Below, piece after piece: positions 49,144-59,148 of a stretch of DNA of 64,000 nt (position 1 is the first letter of the stretch; each line of letters opens with the position of its first letter). This stretch comes from Candidatus Aminicenantes bacterium. Its GTDB lineage: Bacteria > Acidobacteriota > Aminicenantia > Aminicenantales > JAFGBC01. The stretch covers positions 1,056,001-1,120,000 of the forward strand of contig OY969696.1 of the NCBI GenBank assembly GCA_963702005.1. Direction: 5' to 3'. Below the pieces are notes generated by a model. The model saw nothing but the letters and a program-made list of their open reading frames with translations, searched no databases and had not been told where the DNA came from. The translations under genes and the position numbers were made by a program.

Positions 49144-50046
49144 GTGGTCATGAGAGGTTTTAAAGGACGGATTATCATCGGAATTGCGGCATTCTTCCTC
49201 GCGTCCGGGCTCGCTTCGGCTCTCGCGGCCTCCCAGCAGGCCGAACCTCCGGCCCCAACCGGACAGGAGCGGGATTTCTTCATCCGGGAATACATCATCG
49301 GCCCCGGGGACCTGCTCGAGCTCAAGGTCTTCGAATTGCCCGACCTCAACCAGAAAGTCCGCGTCTCCCAGGACGGGTCCATCACCCTGCCCCTCTTGGG
49401 GAGCGTCAAGGTCGGAGGGATGACCAAGGACGGGGTCGAGGCCCAGTTGGCCAAGCTTCTTGAAGCGCGATTCCTCAAGAACGCCCAGGTCTCGGTCTTC
49501 ATCCTCGAATACCAGAGCAACCGGATCGCCGTCATCGGCGCCGTCGAGAAGCCGGGGATGTACGAAATCGTCGGACGCAAGTCGCTGATCCAGATGCTTT
49601 CCCAGGCCGGCGGGCTCAAGGACAGCGCGGCCAACGATATTTATGTCCTCCGGGAAGGCAAGGACGGGGTCACCGCCTCCCTGGCCATCGACCTCGAGGA
49701 CCTGATCATCAACGGCAACCAGCAGCTCAACATTCCGCTCCAGCCCAACGACGTCGTCAACGTCCCCGTCGACCGGATGATCACGGTCTACGTCTTCGGC
49801 GAGGTCAAGCAGCCGGGCGCCATCCAGGTCAAGATGTCGAGAAAGATCACCCTCCTCCAGGCCATCGCCCAAGCCGGGGGGACGACCGAGGACGCCGCCC
49901 GGGGGAGCATCATCGTCACCCGCAAGGACAAGTCCGGGAAGGAGACCAAGATCAAGGCCAACCTCAAGGACATCATCAAGGGGAAAAAGCCCAATATTCC
50001 CCTGCTCGAGGGCGACGTCGTCTATGTGCCCACCAGCATTTTCTGA
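49144..50046 (+). CDS. wza: OPX/Wza-family polysaccharide export protein (Poly_export + 2 SLBB)
   Basis: YIIGPGDLL, DGSITLPLLG, GAVEKPG and GEVKQPG motifs. Ends at EGDVVYVPTSIF. Confidence 0.88.
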   Translation: MVMRGFKGRIIIGIAAFFLASGLASALAASQQAEPPAPTGQERDFFIREYIIGPGDLLELKVFELPDLNQKVRVSQDGSITLPLLGSVKVGGMTKDGVEAQLAKLLEARFLKNAQVSVFILEYQSNRIAVIGAVEKPGMYEIVGRKSLIQMLSQAGGLKDSAANDIYVLREGKDGVTASLAIDLEDLIINGNQQLNIPLQPNDVVNVPVDRMITVYVFGEVKQPGAIQVKMSRKITLLQAIAQAGGTTEDAARGSIIVTRKDKSGKETKIKANLKDIIKGKKPNIPLLEGDVVYVPTSIF

Positions 50047-50058
50047 GAGAGGATCGCG

Positions 50059-52296
50059 ATGAACGGAACGAGCGCCAACAACAACGAGTTCGTGGACCTT
50101 CCCCCTCAGCAGGAGATCAACCTCCGCGAATACTGGGACATTCTCTGGCGGCGGCGCTGGCTGATCGGCGCCTTCGCCCTAGCCTTGATTTTCATCGTCG
50201 GCGTCTGGACGTTCACGGCCCGTCCGACCTACACGGCCAAAGGCACCCTCCTCATCGAGAAGGAGGCCAACATCCTGACCTTCGAGGAGATCTTCCAGAT
50301 CGAAAGCTTCCGCGACGATTACTACCAGACCCAGTACAAGCTCCTCCAAAGCCGGGCTCTGGCCGCGGAAACGGTGAACCGCCTCAATCTCTTCGAGAAC
50401 AAGGAGTTCGTCGGGAACGGCCGGAACGGGGCTAAATCCGGCAAGGATGATCCGGTCCTGAGGCAAAAACTCATAAACGAATTCCTGAGCCGGCTCCAGA
50501 TCAAGCCCCTCCGTCTGACGCGCCTGGTCGAGGTCTCGTTCAGCTCCCGGAGCCCCAAGCTGGCCGCCGACGGCGTCAACACGCTTTTCGACGCCTTCAT
50601 TGATATGAACGTCAACGCCAAGTACGAGGCGACCGAGCAGGCCACCGAGTTCCTGACCCAGCAGATCAACGGACTGCGGACCGAAATCGCAGCCAAGGAG
50701 CGCGAGCTCCAATCGTACGGCGCCGAGAAGAACATCATCGCCCTGAGCGACACCGAAACGACGATCGTCGACAAGCTGGGAGAGCTCAACAAAGCGCTGA
50801 CCGAAGCCCAGATCGACCGGCTCCGCAAGGAGGCGAACTACAACGAAATCCGGAACGCCTCGGCCGACTATATCCCCGAGGCCGTCAACAATCCCCTGAT
50901 CCAAAGGCTTCGCGAGGACTACGTCCGGATGAGCCGCGAGTACTCCAAGAAGTCCGAGACCTTCCGGCCCGAATACCCGGAAATGGTCCGCCTCAAGGCC
51001 GAGCTCGACAGCGCCCGCGAGCTCTTGGCCAACGAGACCAACAACTTGATCAAAGCGGCCTACTCGGAATTCCAGGGCGCGCAAAAGAGAGAGATGTCCT
51101 TGCAGAGCGTGTTCGACAACCAGAAGAAGGAGGCCCTTCAGCTGAATTCGAACGCCATCCTCTATAACGGGCTGAAAATCGAGCTCGACAACAAGAAGAG
51201 CCTCATCGAAACGCTCCTCAAACGGGAGAGCGAGACGGGAGTCTCGGCCCGCCTGCGCGGGCTGAGGACGTCCAACATCCGGATCGTGGACCGCGCCGAC
51301 AAGCCGCTCCAGCCCTCGAGCCCGAAAAAGAGGATGAATATGGTCCTGGCTCTCCTGTTCGGGCTTTTCGGGGGCGTCGGCCTGGCCCTGCTCCTCGATC
51401 ACCTGGACGATACGATCAAGGGAGCCCAGGATATCGAAAAGAACGCCCAGCTGCCCACGCTCGGGATCGTGCCTACGTTCAGCCTCGATGAAGGAAAATC
51501 CGGGTACGGGTACGGACGGAAGAAAAAAATAAAGGAAGGTCGCGGCGTTGAGGACGATCGGGGAGCGAAGGAGAAGTCCGCCGAGCCGCCGGTCAAGTCC
51601 ATCGAGCTCATCACTCACCTCGCGCCCAAGTCCAATTTTTCCGAGAGCTATCGCTCCATCCGGACGTCGCTCTTGCTCTCGGGCTCCGCGCCCGACCTGC
51701 GGGCCATAATCGTGACCTCGCCCCTGCCGTCGGAGGGCAAGACCGTGACCGTCTCCAACCTGGCCGTGACGCTGGCCCAGACCGGGAAGCGCGTCCTCGT
51801 CATCGACGCCGACCTCCGCAAGCCGCGCATGCACCGGATCTTCCGGATGAGAAACCTGACCGGCCTGACGAATTTTCTGACGACCGGGGTCGAGCTCAAG
51901 GAGCTCGTCAAGGCCACCGAGATCCCCAACCTTTATCTCATCACCTCGGGGCCGGTGCCGCCCAACCCGGCCGAGCTTCTGGGCTCGGACAAGATGTTCA
52001 AGCTCCTCGAAACCCTGAAGGGGAATTTCGCCTACATCTTGATCGATACGCCTCCCATCCTGGCCGTGACCGACGCCCTCGTCCTCGGGCCGGCCATCGA
52101 CGGCTTCGTCATCATCGTTTGGGGGGATAAGACTCCGCGTGACGCCCTTAAGCAGGCCCGAGACACCTTGGAAATGACCAAGATCAAAACCCTGGGCGTC
52201 ATCATCAACAACCTCAACGTTCACAAGCACGGGTCATATTACAAGAGCTATTACTACAAGTACCAGCATTACTACGAGGAGGGTCAGAAGTCTTGA
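50059..52296 (+). CDS. wzc: Polysaccharide co-polymerase / BY-kinase
   Basis: Two TMs flanking a coiled coil, Walker A PSEGKT, IDADLRKP, IDTPP and Tyr-cluster tail YYKSYYYKYQHYY. Confidence 0.92.
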   Translation: MNGTSANNNEFVDLPPQQEINLREYWDILWRRRWLIGAFALALIFIVGVWTFTARPTYTAKGTLLIEKEANILTFEEIFQIESFRDDYYQTQYKLLQSRALAAETVNRLNLFENKEFVGNGRNGAKSGKDDPVLRQKLINEFLSRLQIKPLRLTRLVEVSFSSRSPKLAADGVNTLFDAFIDMNVNAKYEATEQATEFLTQQINGLRTEIAAKERELQSYGAEKNIIALSDTETTIVDKLGELNKALTEAQIDRLRKEANYNEIRNASADYIPEAVNNPLIQRLREDYVRMSREYSKKSETFRPEYPEMVRLKAELDSARELLANETNNLIKAAYSEFQGAQKREMSLQSVFDNQKKEALQLNSNAILYNGLKIELDNKKSLIETLLKRESETGVSARLRGLRTSNIRIVDRADKPLQPSSPKKRMNMVLALLFGLFGGVGLALLLDHLDDTIKGAQDIEKNAQLPTLGIVPTFSLDEGKSGYGYGRKKKIKEGRGVEDDRGAKEKSAEPPVKSIELITHLAPKSNFSESYRSIRTSLLLSGSAPDLRAIIVTSPLPSEGKTVTVSNLAVTLAQTGKRVLVIDADLRKPRMHRIFRMRNLTGLTNFLTTGVELKELVKATEIPNLYLITSGPVPPNPAELLGSDKMFKLLETLKGNFAYILIDTPPILAVTDALVLGPAIDGFVIIVWGDKTPRDALKQARDTLEMTKIKTLGVIINNLNVHKHGSYYKSYYYKYQHYYEEGQKS

Positions 52297-53072
52297 TCGA
52301 CCTTCATACCCATCTCCTGCCGGACTGGGATGACGGGGCCGGAAGCTGGGAGGAATTCCGGGCCATGGCCGGGATCGCGCACGCCGACGGGATCGGCACG
52401 ATCGTCCTGACGCCGCACGTCTTCCGGCTCAGCAAACACGCCGACGATTTGAATGTTCTCGAGAGCCGGTTCGCCGAGGTCGCCGCGGTAGAGTCGAAAA
52501 CGGCCGTGGCTTTCCTGCGCGGGGCCGAGATCTTCCTCCATCCCGGCGTCGCCGAGACCGCGAAAACATGGAACTTGACGATCAACGCTTCGAACTATTT
52601 CTTTCTCGAATTTCCGGAGGATGCCGTTCCCCCCGGCGTTCGGGAGTTCTTTTTCGAGATCATGCTCGGCGGCTTGACGCCGATCATCAGCCATCCCGAG
52701 CGGAACGACGTCTTCCGGGAGCGGCCGGACCTGCTCTATGATCTCATCCGGACGGGCGCCCTGGCCCAGGTCACGGCTAAGAGCATCACGGGCGGATTCG
52801 GCGCGGAGACGAAGAAAACGGCGCGGCTCTTCCTGAAACACAACCTGGTTCAGGTCATCGCCTCGGACGCGCACGACCCGGAGCGCCGGCCGCCCCGGTT
52901 GGCCGCGGCGGTCGAGGAAGCGGGCGCGATCGTCGGCCGGGAGAAAGCGCTGGCCATGGTGACCGATATTCCGCGGGCCATCCTGGACAATGCTCCCATC
53001 CCGGACTGGGGCGTGCCCGAGAATCCGGCCCGGAAGAGGAAATGGACCCTTCGTCTTCCGAAATTCGCATGA
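52293..53072 (+). CDS. PHP-family tyrosine phosphatase (CpsB/CapC/YwqE)
   Basis: IDLHTHLLP..DDG, TPH, SHPERN and ASDAH motifs. Confidence 0.9.
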   Translation: MIDLHTHLLPDWDDGAGSWEEFRAMAGIAHADGIGTIVLTPHVFRLSKHADDLNVLESRFAEVAAVESKTAVAFLRGAEIFLHPGVAETAKTWNLTINASNYFFLEFPEDAVPPGVREFFFEIMLGGLTPIISHPERNDVFRERPDLLYDLIRTGALAQVTAKSITGGFGAETKKTARLFLKHNLVQVIASDAHDPERRPPRLAAAVEEAGAIVGREKALAMVTDIPRAILDNAPIPDWGVPENPARKRKWTLRLPKFA

Positions 53073-54508
53073 GAAAATTCGTTTTTTGGGGAGTTTGCGC
53101 CGTCGCGGCCTTCCTGCCCATTCCCTTCGGCTCCATGGAGGAATGGGCCGTATTCGCCTTCGAGGCCGCGGTCGCGCTCCTTTTCGCCGCGTTTTGGCTG
53201 GGCGTGAAGGGCGGCGAATGCGGCGGGGAGAGCGGCGCCAAGGTTCTTCCCTGTTTCCTGAAAGCGTTTCTGGCCGCGTTTTTCGTTCTATCGGCGATTT
53301 CGATCATCCCCCTTCCGGCTGCCGTCGTCGGCGCGATCTCTCCCCGGGCGGCGGCTTTAAGGTCCGGCCTGGCCTCGCTCGGCTTGGGAGCCTCCGGGGG
53401 CGGCGGCTGGATGACTCTTTCGCTGGCGCCGACGGTTTCTCTGTACACTCTGGTCCGATACGCGGCCTACGGGATGTTCGCTTTCCTGGTCTTTCGCTCC
53501 GTGAAGACGCGGAAAGAGGTCGAGATCTTCCTTTGGGTCCTGGCGGCGACGGCGGTCTTCGAGGCAACCTACGGCATCGCCCAGGTTTTCGGCGGCACGG
53601 AAAGGATTTTTTCCTACCAGAAAAAATGGGACCTCGGCTCGGTGACCGGAACCTACATCAACCGGAACCACCTGGCCGGCTTCCTGGAAATGGTCTTTCC
53701 GCTCGTCCTCGGCCTCCTGCTGGCCAAGGCGGATTTCTTCGCCATGGGCCGGCGGGCGACGTTCAAGGAGAGGATCCTGTGGTTCGGCCAGGAGAAGCTC
53801 CAGAAAACATTCATGGTCGGGTTGGTCGCGGCCGTCCTCGGCTTGGGGCTCATTTTCACCAAATCCCGTTCCGGCGTCCTCATCTTCCTCATCACGGTCT
53901 TCTTGATGATGATCGCGATCTCGGCCGCGGGGGACACCGCCAGAGGCGGTGCGGGGCGGCGCGGCCATCGACTGATCCGGATGATCGGGCTGGCCGTCGT
54001 TTTCGCGGCCGTCCTCATCGGCGTCCGTCCCGTCATCGAACGATTCACCAGGGAGAAAGTGACGTTCGAGGCGGGCCGGCCCGTCTACTTCCGGAACGCG
54101 GCGAGGATCATCCGGGACTACCCTCTGGCCGGGACGGGCTCCGGGACGTTCGTTTACGCCTACCAGAGGTACGAGGAAAAGGACAGCCGGGTCATCGTCG
54201 ATCACGCCCACAACGATTATCTGGAGATCATGGCCGAGAACGGGATTCCGGCGGGATCGGCGTTCTGGGCGTTTATGTTCGGAGTCTTCGGCCTCGGGCT
54301 TGCACGTTGGCTTAAGCGGCGGGATCCCTTCGTCAAGGGGGTCGGGCTGGGCTGCCTGGGCGGCTTGGCGGCCATCTTCATCCACAGCCTGGCCGATTTC
54401 AACCTCCAGATCACCGCGAATGGGGCCGTCTTCTGTGCCCTTGCCGCGCTACTCCTACGCGTGACGGGCCTCGAAAGCCGACGGTCCGGGAGGGATTATG
54501 TCCGCTGA
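53069..54508 (+). CDS. O-antigen ligase / O-oligosaccharyltransferase family (Wzy_C) membrane protein
   Basis: GTYINRNHLAG, TKSRSG, G.G.GTF, HAHNDYLE and HSLADFNL motifs. ATGA overlap with the phosphatase stop. Confidence 0.82.
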   Translation: MRKFVFWGVCAVAAFLPIPFGSMEEWAVFAFEAAVALLFAAFWLGVKGGECGGESGAKVLPCFLKAFLAAFFVLSAISIIPLPAAVVGAISPRAAALRSGLASLGLGASGGGGWMTLSLAPTVSLYTLVRYAAYGMFAFLVFRSVKTRKEVEIFLWVLAATAVFEATYGIAQVFGGTERIFSYQKKWDLGSVTGTYINRNHLAGFLEMVFPLVLGLLLAKADFFAMGRRATFKERILWFGQEKLQKTFMVGLVAAVLGLGLIFTKSRSGVLIFLITVFLMMIAISAAGDTARGGAGRRGHRLIRMIGLAVVFAAVLIGVRPVIERFTREKVTFEAGRPVYFRNAARIIRDYPLAGTGSGTFVYAYQRYEEKDSRVIVDHAHNDYLEIMAENGIPAGSAFWAFMFGVFGLGLARWLKRRDPFVKGVGLGCLGGLAAIFIHSLADFNLQITANGAVFCALAALLLRVTGLESRRSGRDYVR

Positions 54509-55217
54509 GGAGGGACGAGACGTGACCGCGATGAAGAAGATCGCGGGGGTAATGCTCGCGGCGGCCGTGCTCGTCGAAGGCGGCCGCGCTTATCTCGGCC
54601 ATCGACACTATGCGCTGTATGAGCAAGCGAGGTCCGAGGCGCGGAGTATCGAAAGCGCGTTCGACGGACTCTCCGCCGAGCTCGCGGCCGCGGTCCGTTG
54701 CTTCGGGCTGCCCTCTTTTTATCAGGAGGCGGGACGCCTTTGCCTGGAGCGGGCCCTGGCCGAGAACGAGTTCGGCTCTCCCGAGAAGCGGGATGTATTC
54801 GCGGCCGGGGCGCGAGACCTCTTGGCGGAGGCGATCCGGCGCGCGCCGGCCGAATCCTCGGCCTATTTCGAGCTGGGGAAGGTCTATCTTCTCGCCAACT
54901 CTCCCTTTCTGACGTATGCCGAGAAGAGCCGGCTCTTCTTTCGGAAGGCGGTCGAGCTCAAGCCCGCCGACGAATTCATCAACCGGAACGTTCTGTTCGT
55001 TTTCTTGAGCCAATGGGAGATGCTGACGCCGGACGAACGGGCTTTCGCCCTGGACAGGTTCCGGGCCGCGACGGGGATGAGGCCTTCCGTTCTCGCCCAG
55101 CTCCGGGCTCTCTGGAAAAAGGAATACGGGAACGAGGAGGGATTGACGGCGTTGGCGAGGGCCGCCGGCGTCGAGCTGCCGGCCAAGGCGGCAAAAAAAA
55201 GGGCTCCGCCTCCCTGA
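54498..55217 (+). CDS. Hypothetical TPR-like helical protein
   Basis: N-terminal hydrophobic segment and TPR-like AIRRAP...YFELG and FRKAVELKP. Overlaps the ligase stop. Start may be ATG 54531. Confidence 0.6.
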   Translation: MSAEEGRDVTAMKKIAGVMLAAAVLVEGGRAYLGHRHYALYEQARSEARSIESAFDGLSAELAAAVRCFGLPSFYQEAGRLCLERALAENEFGSPEKRDVFAAGARDLLAEAIRRAPAESSAYFELGKVYLLANSPFLTYAEKSRLFFRKAVELKPADEFINRNVLFVFLSQWEMLTPDERAFALDRFRAATGMRPSVLAQLRALWKKEYGNEEGLTALARAAGVELPAKAAKKRAPPP

Positions 55218-55262
55218 AATCGATAGGAAAGAAATCCTCCGCCGATCCGTCATCGAATTTTC

Positions 55263-55291
55263 TTGACAAAGACCGTTTTTTTTAATAAAAT
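55263..55291 (+). promoter_or_regulatory. sigma70-like promoter
   Basis: TTGACA-N17-TAAAAT, then GGAGG RBS before ATG 55321. Confidence 0.7.
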
Positions 55292-55320
55292 ATGTATTTA
55301 CTTGGGAAAGGGAGGTAAAC

Positions 55321-55881
55321 ATGTTAGGACATCGTGTTTTTAGGTCCCAAACCATGGCGGCTGCCGTTTTGGGCTCGTTCTTCTTAATGCTCGTTTCTTT
55401 CGGAGCGGTGCCGGCTCGAGCCCAGGCGAACGGTCAACTCACGGGATTCATTTACGCGAATGACCAGAAAACGCCCGTTGAGAACGCCATCGTCGAGTTG
55501 AGAAACATCAAGGACGGAAGCGTATTTTCGAGCACTCCGACCACGACGAGCGGCCTGTATAAGCTCACCAATCTTCCGCCGGGCCAGTATGTCATCGGAG
55601 TCAAGGCCGGGGACAGCGGATACAACTGCGAGTATGTCGTGTCCATTATGGGCGGCGAGATGGGGAAGCTGTCGCTGGCTTTGAAACCCGGAAAGACGGC
55701 CGAGATCAAACAGCCGGTTTATAAGACTCCGGCCGGGCTGGCCGAAAAGATCGCCGGCAAGAAGCCGTTCTTTTTAACGCCCGCCGGGATCGCCGTGATC
55801 GTCGTGGCCGCCGGCGGCGCCGGCTTCGGCATCTATAGCCTGGCTAAGGGCGAGGAAGAAACGTCTCCGGTCAAGAAGTAA
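55321..55881 (+). CDS. Exported carboxypeptidase-regulatory-like (transthyretin-like) domain protein with C-terminal TM anchor
   Basis: Signal peptide (ARA|Q), G.I...D..TPV.NA.V...G.Y....LPPGQY fold pattern, C-terminal hydrophobic helix. Confidence 0.7.
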   Translation: MLGHRVFRSQTMAAAVLGSFFLMLVSFGAVPARAQANGQLTGFIYANDQKTPVENAIVELRNIKDGSVFSSTPTTTSGLYKLTNLPPGQYVIGVKAGDSGYNCEYVVSIMGGEMGKLSLALKPGKTAEIKQPVYKTPAGLAEKIAGKKPFFLTPAGIAVIVVAAGGAGFGIYSLAKGEEETSPVKK

Positions 55882-55916
55882 CAGGCACGCTAACTTTTTC
55901 TAGTTGATGCGACTTT

Positions 55917-55942
55917 AAGGCGGGAGCGGACTCCCGCCTTTT
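55917..55942. terminator. Intrinsic terminator between convergent genes
   Basis: AAGGCGGGAG-CGGA-CTCCCGCCTT-TT. Confidence 0.8.
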
Positions 55943-57277
55943 CTATTTGACTTTGGCGGCGCACTCGGACAGCAGCCGCGACGCGTCCCTGTAGGCGGGG
56001 TCCTGGATGATGACGGTCCGGAATTCTTCGGCGGCTTCCCTATACTTCTTGGCTCCCATGTACGCCCTTCCGAGGAGATAGCGGATCGCCATATCGATTC
56101 CGAAAATTTCCTTGGCCGAAGTTAAGAGAGCGATAGCCTTGTCATAGTCCTTATTCATCAGATAGATCTCGCCCAGCTTCTCGGTTCCCCGTTTGTCCTG
56201 GGGGTTGGACTTGAGGACTGCTTGAAGGACTTGGACCGCGTCCTTCCATTTTTTTTGCGCCGTGTAGACATCCGCTAATTCGTAGTAGATGTCTAAGTTA
56301 GAAGAATTCCGTTTGAGCGCGGCCCGATAGTACTCGACTTTTTTCTTGAAATTGGTTTCGCGGCGGGCAAGGGCCAGGGGGTCGGCGGACGCCGCCGGCG
56401 TTTCGAGCCGGGCGATACGCTCCAAGTAAAGGGCCGTGTCCTTATAGGCGGGCTCGCGGGCCTGGACCATCAGGAAATCCGCTTTGGCTTCCGCGGTTTT
56501 TTTGGCCTCCCAAAAGGCTCGTCCCCTTGTGTAGAGGAACTCGATGTCCCTCTCGAGAGTCCGGCCGATTTTCTGGAGGTATTTGAGGGCGTCCTTGGGC
56601 TTTTGCTCATCGAGTCGGATCTTGGCCATTTCGATCAGGGCCGTCGCGTCGGACGGTTGGACATCCAGCCAGTCCTCCAGGACGGACTTCGCTTCTTTTA
56701 TTTTTTTGCGGTTGAGATAGAGATAAAACAGGCTGAGACGGGCCTCCGTGTCGCGCGGATTTTTCCGGATGGCCTCCCCGAGCCTGGAGATTTCGTTCGG
56801 CTCCGAAGGGCCGGTCCGGGGCGGAGCGATGGGGACGACCGGGGCGATCGGGCCGGGCCGGGAGCGGAGCGCCGCCCGATCGAAGGCGGCCGCCATCTCC
56901 AGATAAGCGTCCTGGATGTCCTTGGGGAGAGCCAAGCTCGCGAGCTTGTCGGAGGCGTTCATCCGGACGATCTTTCCGTAGCAATCCTGGGCGGCCGCGG
57001 CCGCCCGGTTCTTATAGTATCCCGTCGAGAGGTAGATATAGCATTCCAGGAGGCGGTCCCGGTCGTCGATCAAGCCGAACGAGGCGACCTTGAGCGCTTC
57101 CACGGCCTCTTGGAACCGACCTTGGCGGTACAAGGACTTTCCATCCTCAAAAAGCTTCATGTAAAAAGGGTCGATGGCCGTCGCCTCTTGGGCTTGGCCG
57201 ATTCGATCCGTCCGGGGGAAAAGAGCCAGGGCGCCGGCGGCCCAGAAGATCAAGAGCGCGATCGCGGCTCTCTTCAT
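55943..57277 (-). CDS. Exported tetratricopeptide-repeat protein
   Basis: Signal peptide, multiple TPR helices and a Pro-rich linker. Confidence 0.8.
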   Translation of the reverse strand: MKRAAIALLIFWAAGALALFPRTDRIGQAQEATAIDPFYMKLFEDGKSLYRQGRFQEAVEALKVASFGLIDDRDRLLECYIYLSTGYYKNRAAAAAQDCYGKIVRMNASDKLASLALPKDIQDAYLEMAAAFDRAALRSRPGPIAPVVPIAPPRTGPSEPNEISRLGEAIRKNPRDTEARLSLFYLYLNRKKIKEAKSVLEDWLDVQPSDATALIEMAKIRLDEQKPKDALKYLQKIGRTLERDIEFLYTRGRAFWEAKKTAEAKADFLMVQAREPAYKDTALYLERIARLETPAASADPLALARRETNFKKKVEYYRAALKRNSSNLDIYYELADVYTAQKKWKDAVQVLQAVLKSNPQDKRGTEKLGEIYLMNKDYDKAIALLTSAKEIFGIDMAIRYLLGRAYMGAKKYREAAEEFRTVIIQDPAYRDASRLLSECAAKVK

Positions 57278-57375
57278 TGTTCCCGTTGATCCCTTTACGA
57301 AAGAAAAATCATTTTATGCCCATTAGCCGGAAATATCAAGGTTCGGTAGACGGCCGGGGCCGCCGCGGGACGCGC

Positions 57376-58851
57376 TCATCGTCCCTGGAACAGGGCCCAG
57401 GGATGAGCCGGCATGTCCTTTAGATAAGGAAGCTGCCAGGCCCATTCTGAATGAGCCCCGGCGAAGGCCGCGGCGTCGAAGTCCCGTCCGCAGGGATGGC
57501 CCATCCGGGCCCAGATCTTGAATTCGCGGGCCAGGGCGGCCGAAGTCGCCTTTCCTTGGACGGCCCCTCCGGGATAGAAGGGAGCCCAGGAAAATTCGGG
57601 AAGGCCCTTGGAATCGGAGTCGCTATGGCCGCAGAGGGTATTGGCGTTGTCGGCCGGCGCGCCGGTCGCGGCGTCGATGTGGTCGCCCAGGAAGGCCATG
57701 GCTTTCGTGACGTCGATCGTTCCCTTGTTGGCCTCCATCAGGGATTTCCAGCGGGCCTTCCGGACCAGGACCGACTGGCGCGTGTTCTTGGGGTCGAAGG
57801 TCGTCTCCTCGGCGATAACCTTCTCGTCGAGCGGAAAGTTGGCGCCGATAAAATACCCGTCCTTCGTCCTCCAGACCCGCTGATTCTTAAGGCCGAGCTC
57901 GAGCCGGGCGATCTCGCCGGCGTTGAGGTCGGCGACGAGCCAGTCGTTGGCGTAGGCGCCGTTGTTGTCGGCCGTCATGATCCGGACGAAATCGTCGATC
58001 GAGGCTCCATATTGGGCGGCCCGACGGGCGCGGACGAACTCGGGGGTGCCGTCCTCCCGGAAACCCTTGTACTGGGACATGGTCGTCTCGGAGTAGAGGA
58101 GGCCGGCGCCGTTGACGACGAAATCGTCTCCGCTGTGGATGAAGCCGGGCATGGCGTCCATCAGGATGCGCCGCCCCCGCTCGGGGACGATGTCCAAGAT
58201 CGCGTTCCAGCGCTCGCCCAGGATGTATTCGGTCCAGTTGTTATGGGCGATGACCGCGCCTCCGTCTTTTGTGTAGCTGCCGACGGCGACAAAGGCGCTG
58301 CAGTAGGCGGGGGCCTTGTTGTCGCCCGCGCCCGATTTGGCCTTGGCCTCGAGATAGGGAACGTAATACCAGGCCAGTTCGATCCAGCCGTTGAGGGCGG
58401 CGATGTCGATCCGGTCGTAAGTCAGCTCGGGACAGCGGGCGCGGACGCCCTCGGCGATGCCCTCGATCTCATCCCTGTATTCGGGGTCGAGCTTGGGCCA
58501 GAACATCCGCTCGGCGGCCTCGCGGAAGAAAGCCCAGTCGTGCTTGACCGAAATCGGGAAATAAAAGGCCATCGTCTTGATGATGTCGTCGATCTCCGAG
58601 GCCAGGTACCAGCCGTGCTGGAAGCCGATTTCGCCCGGAGCGCCCTCCAGGTGAACGAAAGCCCAGCCGTCGCGGTCCTCCCGGAAGGAGCCTTTAAGGC
58701 GCGGATCGGATCCGGCGGACGCTGCGGTCGCGGCCGATGAAGGGGACGATTCCTTCTTCTCGGCGCAGGCGGCGATCAGGAATAGCGTCGCGATGAGGGC
58801 AAAAAAGGATGCGACTCGAAAGACGGGGCGGCGGCGGATAAAATCGATCAT
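57376..58851 (-). CDS. Ntn-hydrolase lipoprotein (peptidase C45 / phospholipase B-like)
   Basis: LIAAC lipobox, GFQHG, CSAF (putative N-terminal nucleophile), AHNNW and NNGAYANDW motifs. GGAGGAG RBS before ATG 58851. Confidence 0.8.
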   Translation of the reverse strand: MIDFIRRRPVFRVASFFALIATLFLIAACAEKKESSPSSAATAASAGSDPRLKGSFREDRDGWAFVHLEGAPGEIGFQHGWYLASEIDDIIKTMAFYFPISVKHDWAFFREAAERMFWPKLDPEYRDEIEGIAEGVRARCPELTYDRIDIAALNGWIELAWYYVPYLEAKAKSGAGDNKAPAYCSAFVAVGSYTKDGGAVIAHNNWTEYILGERWNAILDIVPERGRRILMDAMPGFIHSGDDFVVNGAGLLYSETTMSQYKGFREDGTPEFVRARRAAQYGASIDDFVRIMTADNNGAYANDWLVADLNAGEIARLELGLKNQRVWRTKDGYFIGANFPLDEKVIAEETTFDPKNTRQSVLVRKARWKSLMEANKGTIDVTKAMAFLGDHIDAATGAPADNANTLCGHSDSDSKGLPEFSWAPFYPGGAVQGKATSAALAREFKIWARMGHPCGRDFDAAAFAGAHSEWAWQLPYLKDMPAHPWALFQGR

Positions 58852-58946
58852 GGCTCCTCCTCGACGAGGGATGGAAAGACAGTAAAACACATCCGGCGCG
58901 GCTGTCAAGGTCGAAGTCCCGCGTCCTTGCTTCGCTCGGGCACGCC

Positions 58947-59029
58947 TTGACCCGTTCGCCGACGCCACCCAGCCTTGCAGTACTCAGACTAAGCCGAAAA
59001 CGGCTTAGTCTGGGTGTCGATGATTTGAC
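58947..59029 (+). mobile_element. TGAC-bounded palindromic element family B, copy 3 (short variant)
   Basis: TTGAC-CCGTTCGCCGACGCCACCCAGCCTTGCAGTAC-hairpin-GTGTCGATGAT-TTGAC, with repeats 78 bp apart. Confidence 0.8.
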
Positions 59030-59054
59030 AAGCCGGCTCGCGCCGCGGTATTCT
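59025..59054 (+). promoter_or_regulatory. sigma70-like promoter whose -35 box is the right junction of element B copy 3
   Basis: TTGACA-N18-TATTCT. Confidence 0.6.
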
Positions 59055-59148
59055 CAACCGATATTGGATGTATGGATGTTTCAGGAGCGCCTACGGCCGG
59101 AGCGCAACGCGGCCCGGGGATGAGCGAGGAGCGTTAAGGGAGGTCATC

